Under the pieces are notes generated by a model that ran no database searches, was not told the DNA's origin, and saw only the letters and a list, made by a program, of their open reading frames with translations. A stretch of 64,000 nucleotides of DNA from NCBI GenBank assembly GCA_963700285.1, contig CAVOXA010000010.1, forward strand, positions 1,440,001-1,504,000, written 5' to 3'. Both the position numbers and the translations under genes were made by a program. Shown here piece by piece: positions 33,404 to 43,629 of this stretch; the first letter of the stretch is position 1, and the number at the start of each line of letters is the position of its first letter. Source of the DNA: an uncultured Chloroflexia bacterium. Its GTDB lineage: Bacteria > Chloroflexota > Anaerolineae > JAAYZQ01.

Positions 33404-34090
33404 TCACTCCACCACGCGGTGGTAGACTGCCACCTTGTAGCCGAACTCGGTCTTTTCCTGCTGCAGGACGTGGGTTCTGGCCCCTTCGCCCCACAGGAAC
33501 TCGAGCACGGCCAGGGCCTCGTCGATGGTGCGAAAGCGCCAGACGGTGTCCACGACCTGGCAGGCAAAGCCTTGTTCCTGAAACCAGGGCGGCCAGGTTT
33601 CGCACTCGGCCTCGTTCGGCGGCCAGAATTGGGATAGCTCGTCACGGCCATAGTTCTGTACGACGACGATGTGGCCGCCAGGGTGGACGACCCGTTCTAC
33701 CTCGCGCAGCCCGGCCTCGCTGCCGGGCCCGAAAAAGTAGGCCCAGGTGGCATAGGCCACGTCGACCGCGCCATCCTCCAGGGGGATCGATTCGACGCTG
33801 CCGGGCACGACGGTCACGTTGGTGGCACCGGCGGACTTGCAGCGGCCCCTGAGGATGGGCAGCGCCCTGGGATCCGGCTCCAGGGCGTAGACGTGGCCGG
33901 CCAGCCGGGCATAGACGATGGTCCGGTCGCCGACGCCGGCTCCTACGTCCAGCAACGCCTGCCCCTCGAGGGGTGCGGCCACCTGCATCGCCGCCGGGAT
34001 GCGCTCTTCCGGATCGATGGCCTGGGCCATCAATTCGAATAGCGCGAGCTGATCTGGGCCCCAAAAGGGGATGACCTCTCGTTCATCCAT
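33404..34090 (-). CDS. Class I SAM methyltransferase
   Basis: LLDVGAGVG, IPLEDGAVDVA, RVVHPGG. Confidence 0.85.
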   Translation of the reverse strand: MDEREVIPFWGPDQLALFELMAQAIDPEERIPAAMQVAAPLEGQALLDVGAGVGDRTIVYARLAGHVYALEPDPRALPILRGRCKSAGATNVTVVPGSVESIPLEDGAVDVAYATWAYFFGPGSEAGLREVERVVHPGGHIVVVQNYGRDELSQFWPPNEAECETWPPWFQEQGFACQVVDTVWRFRTIDEALAVLEFLWGEGARTHVLQQEKTEFGYKVAVYHRVVE

Positions 34091-34794
34091 CAGGGTAACC
34101 ACGCCAATAGTTCATCGATGCGGTCCAGGACCAGGCAGTCGGCCTCTGGGAAGAGGTGCTCGGGATCAAGCAGGACCGGCGTCAGGCCCGCGCGTTGGGC
34201 GCCGACAACGTCGGCCCAATAGTTGTCGCCGACATAGAAGGCTTCGCTCGCCTGGCTGCCAAGCCGTTCCAGGGCCGTGTAGAAAATGCCAGGCTCGGGC
34301 TTTTGGATCCCGACCTCGCCCGAGGCCAGGATCAGGTCGAAATAGGGCCACAGCGCTGTCTCGTCCAGCACTTTGTGGAATCCCTCCACGCTGTCCCGGT
34401 TGGTGATCAAACCCAGCTCGTAGCCGCGGTCCCGGAGTTCGGTCAGGGTCTGGCAGCCGGCCTCGGGGCAGTCGTAACTGAATGCCATGTCCTTGAACCG
34501 ACTCGTAATCTCATCGGCAAGGCCCTTCAGATTGCCCTCGACGCTCATGGCTTCCAACAAGTGCTGGTTAAAGTGACGCCAGAATTGACCGGGGGAGAAG
34601 CTTCTGAGTTGGGCGCGGATCTCCGGGTCGACAAAATACTGGTGGCGCATCCGCCGACCCTGGTACTCGGCCTCGGGGCTCAGCGGCTGGCCGATCTCGG
34701 TGCAATAGGCGCGGATGACGTCAAAGCTGCTGGGCTGGTGAAAGACCAGCGTGCCGTCAAAGTCGAATAGGGCGGTGCGGAAGGAATGGCTCAC
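34090..34794 (-). CDS. HAD-family hydrolase
   Basis: LFDFDGTL, LITN, KPEPGIF, YVGDNYWADVVGA. Confidence 0.9.
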   Translation of the reverse strand: MSHSFRTALFDFDGTLVFHQPSSFDVIRAYCTEIGQPLSPEAEYQGRRMRHQYFVDPEIRAQLRSFSPGQFWRHFNQHLLEAMSVEGNLKGLADEITSRFKDMAFSYDCPEAGCQTLTELRDRGYELGLITNRDSVEGFHKVLDETALWPYFDLILASGEVGIQKPEPGIFYTALERLGSQASEAFYVGDNYWADVVGAQRAGLTPVLLDPEHLFPEADCLVLDRIDELLAWLP

Positions 34795-35123
34795 GGATGG
34801 TCCTTTCAGAATGTCCCCACGGGCAATCGGGCTGTATTCTAGCACCGACGGTTGGGCGTGTCAAAACCGATCCTGCAACGGGACCGCCTGCTGGAAGCCC
34901 TGTCCTTGTACGCGCTGCGAAAAGAACCGGCCCAGCGACGTTGCTGGCCGCTGGGCCAGTTCCAACCTGTGAGGGCGCTTGCTGCTGCCGAACTACAGGT
35001 GTGCAGAGACTGGTGTTACAACCTCAGTCAGGTCCGTGCGTCATATGGAAGAATGCCAGATGCGTTTTTCATAGTACTTTGCCCCTCCTCCAAGGGGCAT
35101 GGGTACCAGGGCTCTACAGCATC

Positions 35124-36002
35124 CTACAGGTAGCCGTGTTCGACCAGTGCGCTCTGGATCCTGGCCGCTTCACCGTCGGTGCAGGGCTTGAAGGGTGGGT
35201 AGGTCCACCGCTGGCAGATACCGAAAAGCTCCAGTACGACTTTGAGCTCCGCCGGATCCTCGGTGTTCTTCCAGGGTCCCAGCGAACCGACCAACTTGTT
35301 CATGCGGAAAGCCTGGGCCTGGGCTTCTTTGATCTTGCCCTGCAGCCAGAGGTCAATGGCAGCGGTATAGCCCTTGGGGAAGCAACTGCCGGTGCTCATG
35401 GTCACACATTCGATGCCGTAGGCCAAATAGCCCAGCAGATTGCCTCCGCCAGCGCCAAGCACCTGGAAATCCTCGGTGCTAATGGTGGCCAGCTTGCTGG
35501 CCAGGGCCATGTCATAGCCGCCCACCTTCATCCCGGCGATGTTGGGGTGCGCTGACAGCTCCTTGATGGCCTCGAAGGTGAACTGCATCATGCGCATGGG
35601 GTTGCTATAGAGCCACAACGGCCGGGGTGATCGCTCCGCGAGGTCGGTATAGTAGTCGATGACCTCCTGGGTGTTGAGTTTGCGGTCGATGGGCATGACG
35701 TGGTAGCCGGTGATGGGCAGGTGCGCGGTTTCCTCAAAGAAACGGTAGATGTTGGGCAGGACCATAGACCCCGCGCCCATGAGCAGGCAGGTCCGGCCCG
35801 CCATGTGTTCGGCCACAACCTTGGCCACCTCGACCCGGTGTTCGTAGGACATGTTGAACGCCTCGCCGGCAGAGCCCAGCGCCCAGAGGCCGGGCAGCGG
35901 CGTCTCATAGAGGTAGTCGAGTAATTTAACATAACCATCGTGATCTGGGCTGCCGCCCTCGTGCATGGGGCTGAGCAGTACGGGCATCATTCCCTGTAAC
36001 AT
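35124..36002 (-). CDS. DHDPS/NAL-family aldolase or dehydratase
   Basis: GSAGE, LYSNP, HPNIAGMK Schiff-base lysine region. Confidence 0.85.
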   Translation of the reverse strand: MLQGMMPVLLSPMHEGGSPDHDGYVKLLDYLYETPLPGLWALGSAGEAFNMSYEHRVEVAKVVAEHMAGRTCLLMGAGSMVLPNIYRFFEETAHLPITGYHVMPIDRKLNTQEVIDYYTDLAERSPRPLWLYSNPMRMMQFTFEAIKELSAHPNIAGMKVGGYDMALASKLATISTEDFQVLGAGGGNLLGYLAYGIECVTMSTGSCFPKGYTAAIDLWLQGKIKEAQAQAFRMNKLVGSLGPWKNTEDPAELKVVLELFGICQRWTYPPFKPCTDGEAARIQSALVEHGYL

Positions 36003-36088
36003 TGGATCTTGACTCCTTTCTCAAAGTAGACTGACACTTGCTCGTGCCGGACCACAGTCCGGCGCATCGTACGACGTGCTTTGGCAGC

Positions 36089-36629
36089 CGTGCGTGGACT
36101 GTGGTCCACGCAGAGCGGGTGACGAGAGGCGGCGCATCTGGTAGCGTGCGTGGACTGTGGTCCACGCAGAGCGGGTGACGAGAGGCGGCGCATCTGGTAG
36201 CGTGCGTGGACTGTGGTCCACGCAGAGCGGGTGACGAGAGGCGGCGCATCTGGTAGCGTGCGTGGACTGTGGTCCACGCAGAGCGGGTGACGAGAGGCGG
36301 CGTATCTGGTAGCGTGCGTGGACTGTGGTCCACGCAGAGCGGGTGACGAGAGGCGGCGCATCTGGTAGCGTGCGTGGACTGTGGTCCACGCAGAGCGGGT
36401 GACGAGAGGCGGCGCATCTGGTAGCGTGCGTGGGCTGTGGTCCACGCAGAGCGGGTGACGAGAGGCGGCGCATCTGGTAGCGTGCGTGGACTGTGGTCCA
36501 CGCAGAGCGGGTGACGAGAGGCGGCGCATCTGGTAGCGTGCGTGGACTGTGGTCCACGCAGAGCGGGTGACGAGAGGCGGCGCATCTGGTAGCGTGCGTG
36601 GACTGTGGTCCACGCAGAGCGGGTGACGA
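36089..36629. repeat. Tandem array of ~9.6 x 56-bp units, each with the family A palindrome
   Basis: GTGGAC cores at 36094, 36150, 36206, 36262, 36318, 36374, 36430, 36486, 36542, 36598; two point variants seen; inverted variant at 36046-36063. Confidence 0.97.
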
Positions 36630-36670
36630 CTGTTGTCGTGGTTGGTTCCTCCCTTCATGATCGTGCTGTG

Positions 36671-38323
36671 TCACGATCGTGCGATCTGGCGTGGGACCGA
36701 GATGTCCGTCCCCACGATCTTGTCCAACAGTTGCAGGCGTAGCTCATCCCGCAGCGTGCTACGCCCAGGATCGTCCCACAGGTTCTGCAGCTCGTGGGGA
36801 TCGTCCGCGAGGTCGAACAGCTCGCCGTAGGACCGGCCGGAGTAGATCGTTAGACGGTACCGTTCCGTGACCAGCGTGCGCATCTTGAACCCCAAATAGT
36901 CCTCGTCCATCTCTACCAGGGCGCTGCCATCCGTTGCGGTGTCCTGGCCTGTCAATACTGGTACCAGGCTCCGGCCCGGCCAGGCAGGGGGGGCGCCGAG
37001 TGCTTCGGGGTGCAGTGCCCCAGCGCGCAGGGACACTGGGTCCTGGGGAATAGGTACGCCGGCCATGTCCAGGATCGTGGGTGCCAGGTCCAGGAGGCTG
37101 ACCACGCCCTCGTGTACAGAACCCGGCGCCGTGCGCCCCGGCCAGCTTACCAGAAAGGGCACGCGGATCACGCCATCAAAGTGATAGGGTCCCTTGCCCC
37201 ACAGGCCGTGGTCTCCCAGCGCCTCGCCGTGGTCAGCTACGAACAGGACGACGGTATCCTCCTCCAGGTTGTTGGCTCGCAGGGCCTCCACGACGCGGCC
37301 GACCTGATGGTCGAGCATCTCGACGAGTCCGAAGTAATGCGCCGCGCACTCGGCAGCGTAGGGCGCCGTGGCGCTCATGGGCTGGCCCTTGTTGCCGCTG
37401 GTGGTGATGGGTGTCTCGTACATCTGCCGAAAGTGAGGCGGCAGATCGTCATACTCTCCCTGGCGACCCAGGGGCGGCGGTACCTCGGCTGGATCGTAGC
37501 CGTAGCAGTAGGGCGCCGGAGGAGCAAAGGGTGAGTGCGGCTCCTGGATGCTGCACATCAGGCAGAAAGGTCGCCCCGACCTCGATGGGTCCCCTTCAGC
37601 CGCCGGCTGCTGGCGACCAGCCCCATTCAAAAAGTCGATGCTGCGGTCAGCGATCCAGGTCATGGGGTGCAGCTCCCCGGGGAGCGCCCACTTGTACGAC
37701 TGGCGGTTGAAAAGCTGAAAGGCAGGGCTGGGCGGTTCCAGCGGTACCTTGTCGTGAAACAGATGTGCCTCGTTGGGATGCCCTGCACCGAGCCACTGCA
37801 CATAGTGCCCGTAGGTGCCGTGGCCATGCCCGTTGGCAAAGTCGACGCTTTCCAGCCCGTAGTAGGGCAGGGGCAGATCCCGGATCCGGCCCGAGAGCCA
37901 CATCTCGCCCCACTCAGGAAAGTCTTGTGGTTCGACAGCATCGAGGGGGATGCCGCTGGGCTTGGCGACGTGCAGATGGATCTTGCCGCAGCAGTGGGTG
38001 TGGTAACCGGCCGTGCGGAGTGCCTCGGTGAAAGTGGGTATCGACGGGTCGAGGGGGATGCCGTTCATGCGCACGCGGTGGCCCCGCGGCGTCAGACCGG
38101 TGAACAGGGTCGCGCGGGCCGGCATGCACAGGGGCTGCGAGGTGTACATGCGCCCGAAGGTCATGCCGCCGGCGGCCAGGCGGTCCAGGTTTGGTGTACG
38201 AACCAGGGGGTGCCCCGCGTAGCCCAGGCAGTAGGGATGGAACTGGTCGACGATGAATATCAGAAAATTGGGGTGCCCTGTCCCCTTTCGCTCAGAGTTG
38301 CCACTTGCGCCTGTGCCTGCCAT
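36671..38323 (-). CDS. Formylglycine-dependent sulfatase
   Basis: PNFLIFIVDQ, CMPARATLFTG (CxPxR), GKIH, ADHGEALGDHGLWGKG. Confidence 0.93.
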   Translation of the reverse strand: MAGTGASGNSERKGTGHPNFLIFIVDQFHPYCLGYAGHPLVRTPNLDRLAAGGMTFGRMYTSQPLCMPARATLFTGLTPRGHRVRMNGIPLDPSIPTFTEALRTAGYHTHCCGKIHLHVAKPSGIPLDAVEPQDFPEWGEMWLSGRIRDLPLPYYGLESVDFANGHGHGTYGHYVQWLGAGHPNEAHLFHDKVPLEPPSPAFQLFNRQSYKWALPGELHPMTWIADRSIDFLNGAGRQQPAAEGDPSRSGRPFCLMCSIQEPHSPFAPPAPYCYGYDPAEVPPPLGRQGEYDDLPPHFRQMYETPITTSGNKGQPMSATAPYAAECAAHYFGLVEMLDHQVGRVVEALRANNLEEDTVVLFVADHGEALGDHGLWGKGPYHFDGVIRVPFLVSWPGRTAPGSVHEGVVSLLDLAPTILDMAGVPIPQDPVSLRAGALHPEALGAPPAWPGRSLVPVLTGQDTATDGSALVEMDEDYLGFKMRTLVTERYRLTIYSGRSYGELFDLADDPHELQNLWDDPGRSTLRDELRLQLLDKIVGTDISVPRQIARS

Positions 38324-38433
38324 AGGGTTTCCTGGTCTCTTTTACGCTATCACGGTTTCCACTCCGGCCAGGTCACGGACCTGGCCTGAGCAACAAAGAT
38401 GCCCCATGGGCCAACGGGGCAATAGATCTATTC

Positions 38434-39474
38434 TCAGGGGAAGGGCGTACCGGCCTGCTCCAGAAAGGCTTCGACCACTGCGGCTGCGTTCTCGATAGGA
38501 GTCCCAGGCTGGAGCGGCTTGGCCGGGGTCAGGATGTAGCCCCCTCCGCGGCCCATCTCACGACACAGGCGCGCTATCTCGGACCGGATCTCATCGGGTG
38601 TGCCAAAAGGGATGGTGGATTGGGAGCCCAGTCCGCCCCAGAAGGTGATCTGGTCCCCAAAATCTCTCTTGAGCTGGTAGGGATCCATGCCTGGAGGCTC
38701 AGGCTGGACGCTCTGCAGCACATCGAGCCCTATCTCGATCAGGTCCGGTATGATCTCCCGCACGCCGCCGCAACAATGGCTGAGGGTATATTTGCCCGCC
38801 TCGTGTACGCGGGCATACATGCGGGCATAATAGGGTTTGAGCAGCCGGCGCCAACGTCCTGGTCCCAGCAGAACGCCCTGCTGGTAGCCCCAGTCATCGC
38901 AGAACATGATGCCGTCTATGGGGAATTCCAGCAACCGCTCCACAATGGCCATGTGGTGTTCGGCCAGCCGGTCGATCATCTCCAGGTAAAAACCCTCGTT
39001 GGCGGCAGCGTCCATGAGGGATTCATCAAAGCCCCGCAGCGACCAGGGGCGCTCGAACAGGCCCATGCCAAAGCCCACGACGTTAAAGTGATCCGGATGC
39101 TGCTCAAAGCTGCGCAGCGTCTCTTCTTTCCATTCCAGTTCAAAGAGGGCGTCGACGTCGGGGAACTGGTAGCCTTTCAGCGAGGGCGACTTGAGCGCGG
39201 GTTCCTCCAGGTGGTAGGGCCGGCGGTCCACGCGCCAGACGGCTCCATAAGGGTCGGTGAAGGTTCGCTCGCCCGCCGAGTGCACGTCCAGCACGTCGGC
39301 CAGGCCCATCCGGCGGTTGATGTCGTTGTCAATGAGGTCGCGCCAGGCGGGCCCACCATAGTAGGCGTCCAGGCCTTCGGCTACATCCTCCTCAAAACCG
39401 AGGACGTAGGGAACGCGATCGGTCTCCTGGTGGTGTATCTGGGCGGTTACTCGCTCCCTGGGAGTCAGGCTCAT
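38434..39474 (-). CDS. Uroporphyrinogen decarboxylase / MtaA-CmuA family protein
   Basis: MSLTPRERV, DDWGYQQG, HCCG, QSVQPE, FWGGL, GGYILTP. Confidence 0.85.
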   Translation of the reverse strand: MSLTPRERVTAQIHHQETDRVPYVLGFEEDVAEGLDAYYGGPAWRDLIDNDINRRMGLADVLDVHSAGERTFTDPYGAVWRVDRRPYHLEEPALKSPSLKGYQFPDVDALFELEWKEETLRSFEQHPDHFNVVGFGMGLFERPWSLRGFDESLMDAAANEGFYLEMIDRLAEHHMAIVERLLEFPIDGIMFCDDWGYQQGVLLGPGRWRRLLKPYYARMYARVHEAGKYTLSHCCGGVREIIPDLIEIGLDVLQSVQPEPPGMDPYQLKRDFGDQITFWGGLGSQSTIPFGTPDEIRSEIARLCREMGRGGGYILTPAKPLQPGTPIENAAAVVEAFLEQAGTPFP

Positions 39475-39492
39475 ATTTGTCCCTCCTCAGAT

Positions 39493-39666
39493 CCTCCCGC
39501 AGGCTGTCACTACCTCAAGCTGTCGAGCAGGCAACGATGCATCCAATAAGCTGGCCGTGCTGCAGAACTAGCCTCCCGCAGGCTGCAACAGCCTCAGACT
39601 TTCGAAAAGGCGGCGATGCATCCAACGGACAAGCCATGAGGCTCAGGCCAAGCCTGCGGGAGGCTA
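39493..39666. repeat. REP-like cluster (CCTCCCGCAGGCT): two direct copies and one inverted copy
   Basis: Direct copies at 39493 and 39572; 16-bp inverted repeat 39569-39584 / 39651-39666. Confidence 0.6.
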
Positions 39667-41367
39667 CTAGCCCCAGCGAAAGCCGGCGACCTCTGCCGCG
39701 CGGTCCTGCCAACCGGGGTCCAGGACCGTGGTGTCGAGGTTCATCCGGCCGTCTACCTGTTTGACGGTGATGCTTTTGAGCCAGTCCCGGTCGTTTCGCT
39801 CCGGGAAATCGAGGCGGTAGTGGGAGCCGCGGGTCTCCTGGCGCATGAGCGCCACGCGGGCGATCATCTCGGTCACGGTCAGCATGTTGCCCAGTTCCAG
39901 GGCCTCGACCAGGTCGCGGGGCGAGTCGACGTGCAGATCGGTGGAAAACGATTCCCGGATCCGCGCTCCTTCTGCGAGCACGCGCCCCAGTCCCTCTTCG
40001 CTCCGGCCCCAGAGCAGATCCCGCCAGTTGCGCGCCTGCAGCGCCTGTCTGAGCGCTCCAGGCGATTGTTTGCCCCGGCTCCCTTTCAGGGCGTCGATCT
40101 CGGCCGTTGCGGCCTGTACCCGGTCCGCGTCCACGCCGGGCAGTTCCCCCCTGCGCGCGCCGGCCCCGGCGTGGCGGCCGGCCCTGGCCCCAAAGACCTG
40201 GGTCGCGGCCAGCATATGTCCCCCCCGCCGGTCGGCGCCATGGGGTCCGGTCAGGCATTCCCCCACGGCGTAGAGGCCCGGCACCGTGGTCTGGGCGTTC
40301 TCGTTGACCCGGAAGCCGCCGTTCGAGCAGTGATGGCAGACGCTGACCTCGATCAGCTGCTCATCGGAAAAGATGCCGCGGTAGTGATACCAGGCCGCCA
40401 TGTTTGGGTCCAGCAGGTGCTCAAACCCCCGGTGGTCAAGCCATACTCCGTCGTGGGCTGTGCCCCGTCCGGCGATTACCTCGCCCATGATAGCCACCTC
40501 CAGAAAGCGGGAGTAGAGGTCCCGGGTGGAGGCCGGGTCGTGCATGGAATGCTGCGCCAGGACCTGCTGGGGTGTCGCGCCGGGTGGACAGTAGTCGGCC
40601 AGGAATTCCTGCCCCTGGGCATTCAAGAACCTGGGTGCCCGATCCCAGGCCCAGAGATAGAGGGTATTGCGGGTGGGATGGACGATGGCCACAAAGACCT
40701 GTTTGAACTCGATGTTCATCAGTTCGGCGCCAGCCCGATAACCCATGGCATAGCCGTCGCCGGTTACACAGGATGCATTCAGATTGTGCCTGAATAGCTG
40801 GGCATCGCCGCCCGTGGCCAGGATCACAGCCCCAGCCGAGATGACGACGGTCTCGCCGCTCCCCTCGTCGATGCCAACCGCCCCGGTGCAAGTGCCGTCG
40901 CGGACCAAGAGGTGGGTGACCATCAATCGCTCTCTGATCTGTACGCCCCGGCTACGCGCCTGGCCGGCCAGGCCACCCACCAGGGGAACGCCGTGGGCCC
41001 GTACGCCCCGTCCAAAGCCCCGGTTCAGGTGGATGTTGAGGGCCGCCAGCTCGGTCAAGTTCCGCGTCGAGTCCTCGATGAGCACATGAACCAGCTCGGG
41101 GTCAGCCAGGCCCAGCCCGAGCTGAATGGTGTGGGCGTAGGACTGGTCGGGTGGTGGGAAAATGTCTTCTCTGTGGCCGTAGAGGACGCCGCCCCCCTGG
41201 CACAGGCCGTTGGCGCTGGCCCCGGCTCCCCGCAGGCCCACGGCGCCAAAGTAACCCTTGACCGCCAACAGGACATGGGCGCCGGACAGCCTGGCCTCCA
41301 AGGCCGCACGTAAACCGGCAGCGCCAGCACCTACAACCAGAACGTCGGTCTGCATCGTCTCTGCCAT
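39667..41367 (-). CDS. FAD-binding protein, succinate dehydrogenase/fumarate reductase/L-aspartate oxidase superfamily
   Basis: DVLVVGAGAAGLRAA, ILATGG, TGDGYAM, GLYAVGE..HGADRRGG, RQETRGSHYR. Confidence 0.85.
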   Translation of the reverse strand: MAETMQTDVLVVGAGAAGLRAALEARLSGAHVLLAVKGYFGAVGLRGAGASANGLCQGGGVLYGHREDIFPPPDQSYAHTIQLGLGLADPELVHVLIEDSTRNLTELAALNIHLNRGFGRGVRAHGVPLVGGLAGQARSRGVQIRERLMVTHLLVRDGTCTGAVGIDEGSGETVVISAGAVILATGGDAQLFRHNLNASCVTGDGYAMGYRAGAELMNIEFKQVFVAIVHPTRNTLYLWAWDRAPRFLNAQGQEFLADYCPPGATPQQVLAQHSMHDPASTRDLYSRFLEVAIMGEVIAGRGTAHDGVWLDHRGFEHLLDPNMAAWYHYRGIFSDEQLIEVSVCHHCSNGGFRVNENAQTTVPGLYAVGECLTGPHGADRRGGHMLAATQVFGARAGRHAGAGARRGELPGVDADRVQAATAEIDALKGSRGKQSPGALRQALQARNWRDLLWGRSEEGLGRVLAEGARIRESFSTDLHVDSPRDLVEALELGNMLTVTEMIARVALMRQETRGSHYRLDFPERNDRDWLKSITVKQVDGRMNLDTTVLDPGWQDRAAEVAGFRWG

Positions 41368-41477
41368 CTCTCAACGGCTCCCCGGAGAACTACTGTTTTG
41401 TCTTGAAATTCTCTGTGCCCTCTGTCTCTGTGGTTCATTATTTTGCCCAACACGCTCTGGCTGCTGGTTCAGGGGGG

Positions 41478-42491
41478 CTACTGCATGCTGGCGCCAGCGC
41501 GGGAGCGTCGCGGGTCGATGGCATCCTGAAGGCCATCGGCAAAGTAGTTCATGCCCACCACCAGGAAGGTGATGGCCAGCCCGGGAAAGATGCCATAGGT
41601 GGGGGCGCGGTGCAGATAGCTCTGGGCGGACTGGATCATGTTGCCCCAGGATGGGTCGGGCGGCTGGCTCCCCAGGCCAAGATAGCTCAGGGAGGCTTCG
41701 ACCAGGATGGCCGCCGGCGCGGCGATGGCCATGGCCACCATGAGCGGAGCAATGCAGTTGGGGAAAATGGTCTTGCGCATGATCCTGGAATTTCCGCTGC
41801 CGATGGCCCGGGAGGCGTGCACATAGTCCTGGCTCTTGACCGACAGGGTGGTGGCGCGAACCAGGCGGGCAAAGGTGGGCATGCCGATGATGGCCACGGC
41901 GAGCATGGTGTTCATCTGGCCGGGCCCGAGGATGGTCACGATGCCAATGGCCAAAAAGATGGCCGGAAAGGCCAAAAAAGTGTCCCAGATGCGCATGATG
42001 ACCGTATCAAACCAGCCGCCCATGTATCCGGCCAGCAAGCCAGTGATCACGCCCACCAGCGCGGCCAGGACCACGGCCAGCAGGCCGGCCTGGAGGGAGA
42101 CCCGCGAGCCGACAACAATGCGGCTAAAGATGTCGCGCCCCAATTCGTCGGTGCCGAACCAATAGGTCGCGGACGGGGGCAGAAGTTGGTCCTTGACATT
42201 GATGAGAATGGGGTCGTGGGGCGTCAAGTAGGGGCCGAAAATCGCCATGATCACCAGCAGCCCAAGGATCGCCATACCTACAGCCCCTTTTGGGCTCCTG
42301 AGCATCCGCCGGAACACGGCGTAGGTTTGATTCTGGGCCAGGCGCTTGCCGAATGTCTCCTCACTTGCCCGAGGTGGCACGCCGTCAAGCCTTGCCACCG
42401 CCGCCCCCGCATCCTTGATTTCCGTACCGCTGGAATCGGCGTCCACTGAACCGGTAGCACGGTCCCTGGGTTCCTCTATCGCTCGGGTCAT
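41478..42491 (-). CDS. ABC peptide/nickel transporter permease (DppC/OppC-type)
   Basis: FGTDELGRDIFSR, EASLSYLGLG..PSWG. Confidence 0.92.
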   Translation of the reverse strand: MTRAIEEPRDRATGSVDADSSGTEIKDAGAAVARLDGVPPRASEETFGKRLAQNQTYAVFRRMLRSPKGAVGMAILGLLVIMAIFGPYLTPHDPILINVKDQLLPPSATYWFGTDELGRDIFSRIVVGSRVSLQAGLLAVVLAALVGVITGLLAGYMGGWFDTVIMRIWDTFLAFPAIFLAIGIVTILGPGQMNTMLAVAIIGMPTFARLVRATTLSVKSQDYVHASRAIGSGNSRIMRKTIFPNCIAPLMVAMAIAAPAAILVEASLSYLGLGSQPPDPSWGNMIQSAQSYLHRAPTYGIFPGLAITFLVVGMNYFADGLQDAIDPRRSRAGASMQ

Positions 42492-43444
42492 GATTCAGCC
42501 CTCGCGAATCGGACGCGGGGGTCGATGACGCCATAGAGAACATCGACGACCACGTTGGTCAGCAAAAAGATCAGGACGACCAACATCAACGTACCCTGCA
42601 CCACCGGATAGTCCCGGTTCTGTATGGAAAAAACTACCAGCCGCCCGATACCGGAATAGGCGAAAACCGCCTCGGTGATCACGGCTCCGCCCAGGAGGCG
42701 CCCGAACTGGATGCCGATGATGGTCACCACCGGGATCCAGGCGTTCCTGAGGGCATGGCGGCTGATGACAAAGCGCTCGGCGAGCCCCTTGGCATGGGCG
42801 GTACGCACATAGTCTTCGCCCAGCACATCGATGAGGGAGGTCCTCATGTACCGGGAAAAGACGGCCATATTTGAAATGGCGATGGCGGTCACGGGCATGA
42901 TCAGGTACTTGAGGTTGGAGATAAAGCCTGCGCCTGGATCTCCCACACCCGACGGCGGCAGCAGGTGCAGGTTCACGCTAAAGACCAGGATGAGCATGAT
43001 GCCCAGCCAGAAACTGGGGATGGCCAGGCCCAGGGCGTTAAAGCCGGTGATGACCGTGTCCGCCGCCTTGTCGCGGCGCAGCGCGGCGATGATGCCCATG
43101 GACAGGCCAAACAGCAGGGAAACGGCCAGCGCTGTGAGGGCCAGCTTGAGCGTGTTGCCAAAGGCCATGCGGATCAGCTCGGTGACTGGCAGTCTGGTAA
43201 CCTGCGATTTTCCCAGGTTCAGCCTGAGCACATCGGAAAGCCAGATAAAGTAGCGGACTGGGAGGGGTTTGTCCAGACCGAGGCGGTGGCGCTCGATGGC
43301 AAGTTGCTCGTCGGTGGCCTCGCTGCCCAGCATCATGGCCGCCGGGTCGCCGGGGGCGAGCTGGATGATCAGAAAGATCAGGATGGACGCCAGAATGAGC
43401 GTGGGAATGAGCTGTAATAGTCTGCGGATCAGGTATCTTTGCAT
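42488..43444 (-). CDS. ABC peptide/nickel transporter permease (DppB/OppB-type)
   Basis: PGDPA, EDYVRTAHAKGL, RHALRNA, RDYPVVQG. Confidence 0.92.
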   Translation of the reverse strand: MQRYLIRRLLQLIPTLILASILIFLIIQLAPGDPAAMMLGSEATDEQLAIERHRLGLDKPLPVRYFIWLSDVLRLNLGKSQVTRLPVTELIRMAFGNTLKLALTALAVSLLFGLSMGIIAALRRDKAADTVITGFNALGLAIPSFWLGIMLILVFSVNLHLLPPSGVGDPGAGFISNLKYLIMPVTAIAISNMAVFSRYMRTSLIDVLGEDYVRTAHAKGLAERFVISRHALRNAWIPVVTIIGIQFGRLLGGAVITEAVFAYSGIGRLVVFSIQNRDYPVVQGTLMLVVLIFLLTNVVVDVLYGVIDPRVRFARAES

Positions 43445-43549
43445 AGACGTGCTCTACCTTGAACACTGCTTGTACAGGCCATCAACGGGAGCGGATTGCC
43501 TGCCCCCATCAGGCGGGGAAGGCGAACCGCTCCGTCCTGGTACGGGACC

Positions 43550-43583
43550 TCTCCTGTGCGCCGAAATACCGGCGCACAGGAGA
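43550..43583. terminator. Intercistronic hairpin after the SBP gene (stabiliser/attenuator)
   Basis: TCTCCTGTGCGCCG-AAATAC-CGGCGCACAGGAGA. Confidence 0.55.
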
Positions 43584-43629
43584 TGGCTGGTTCGATCTCG
43601 CGCTGCGTACCAGCCGGCCCCAGTTACGC

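Noticed and set aside
36089-36629. CRISPR array
   Set aside because: Sequences between the palindromes are identical rather than unique spacers, no cas genes are present, and the same palindrome occurs as dispersed copies
35926-36674. Three ~220-aa minus-strand ORFs
   Set aside because: They result from a stop-free 56-bp repeat cycling through frames; no protein-like features
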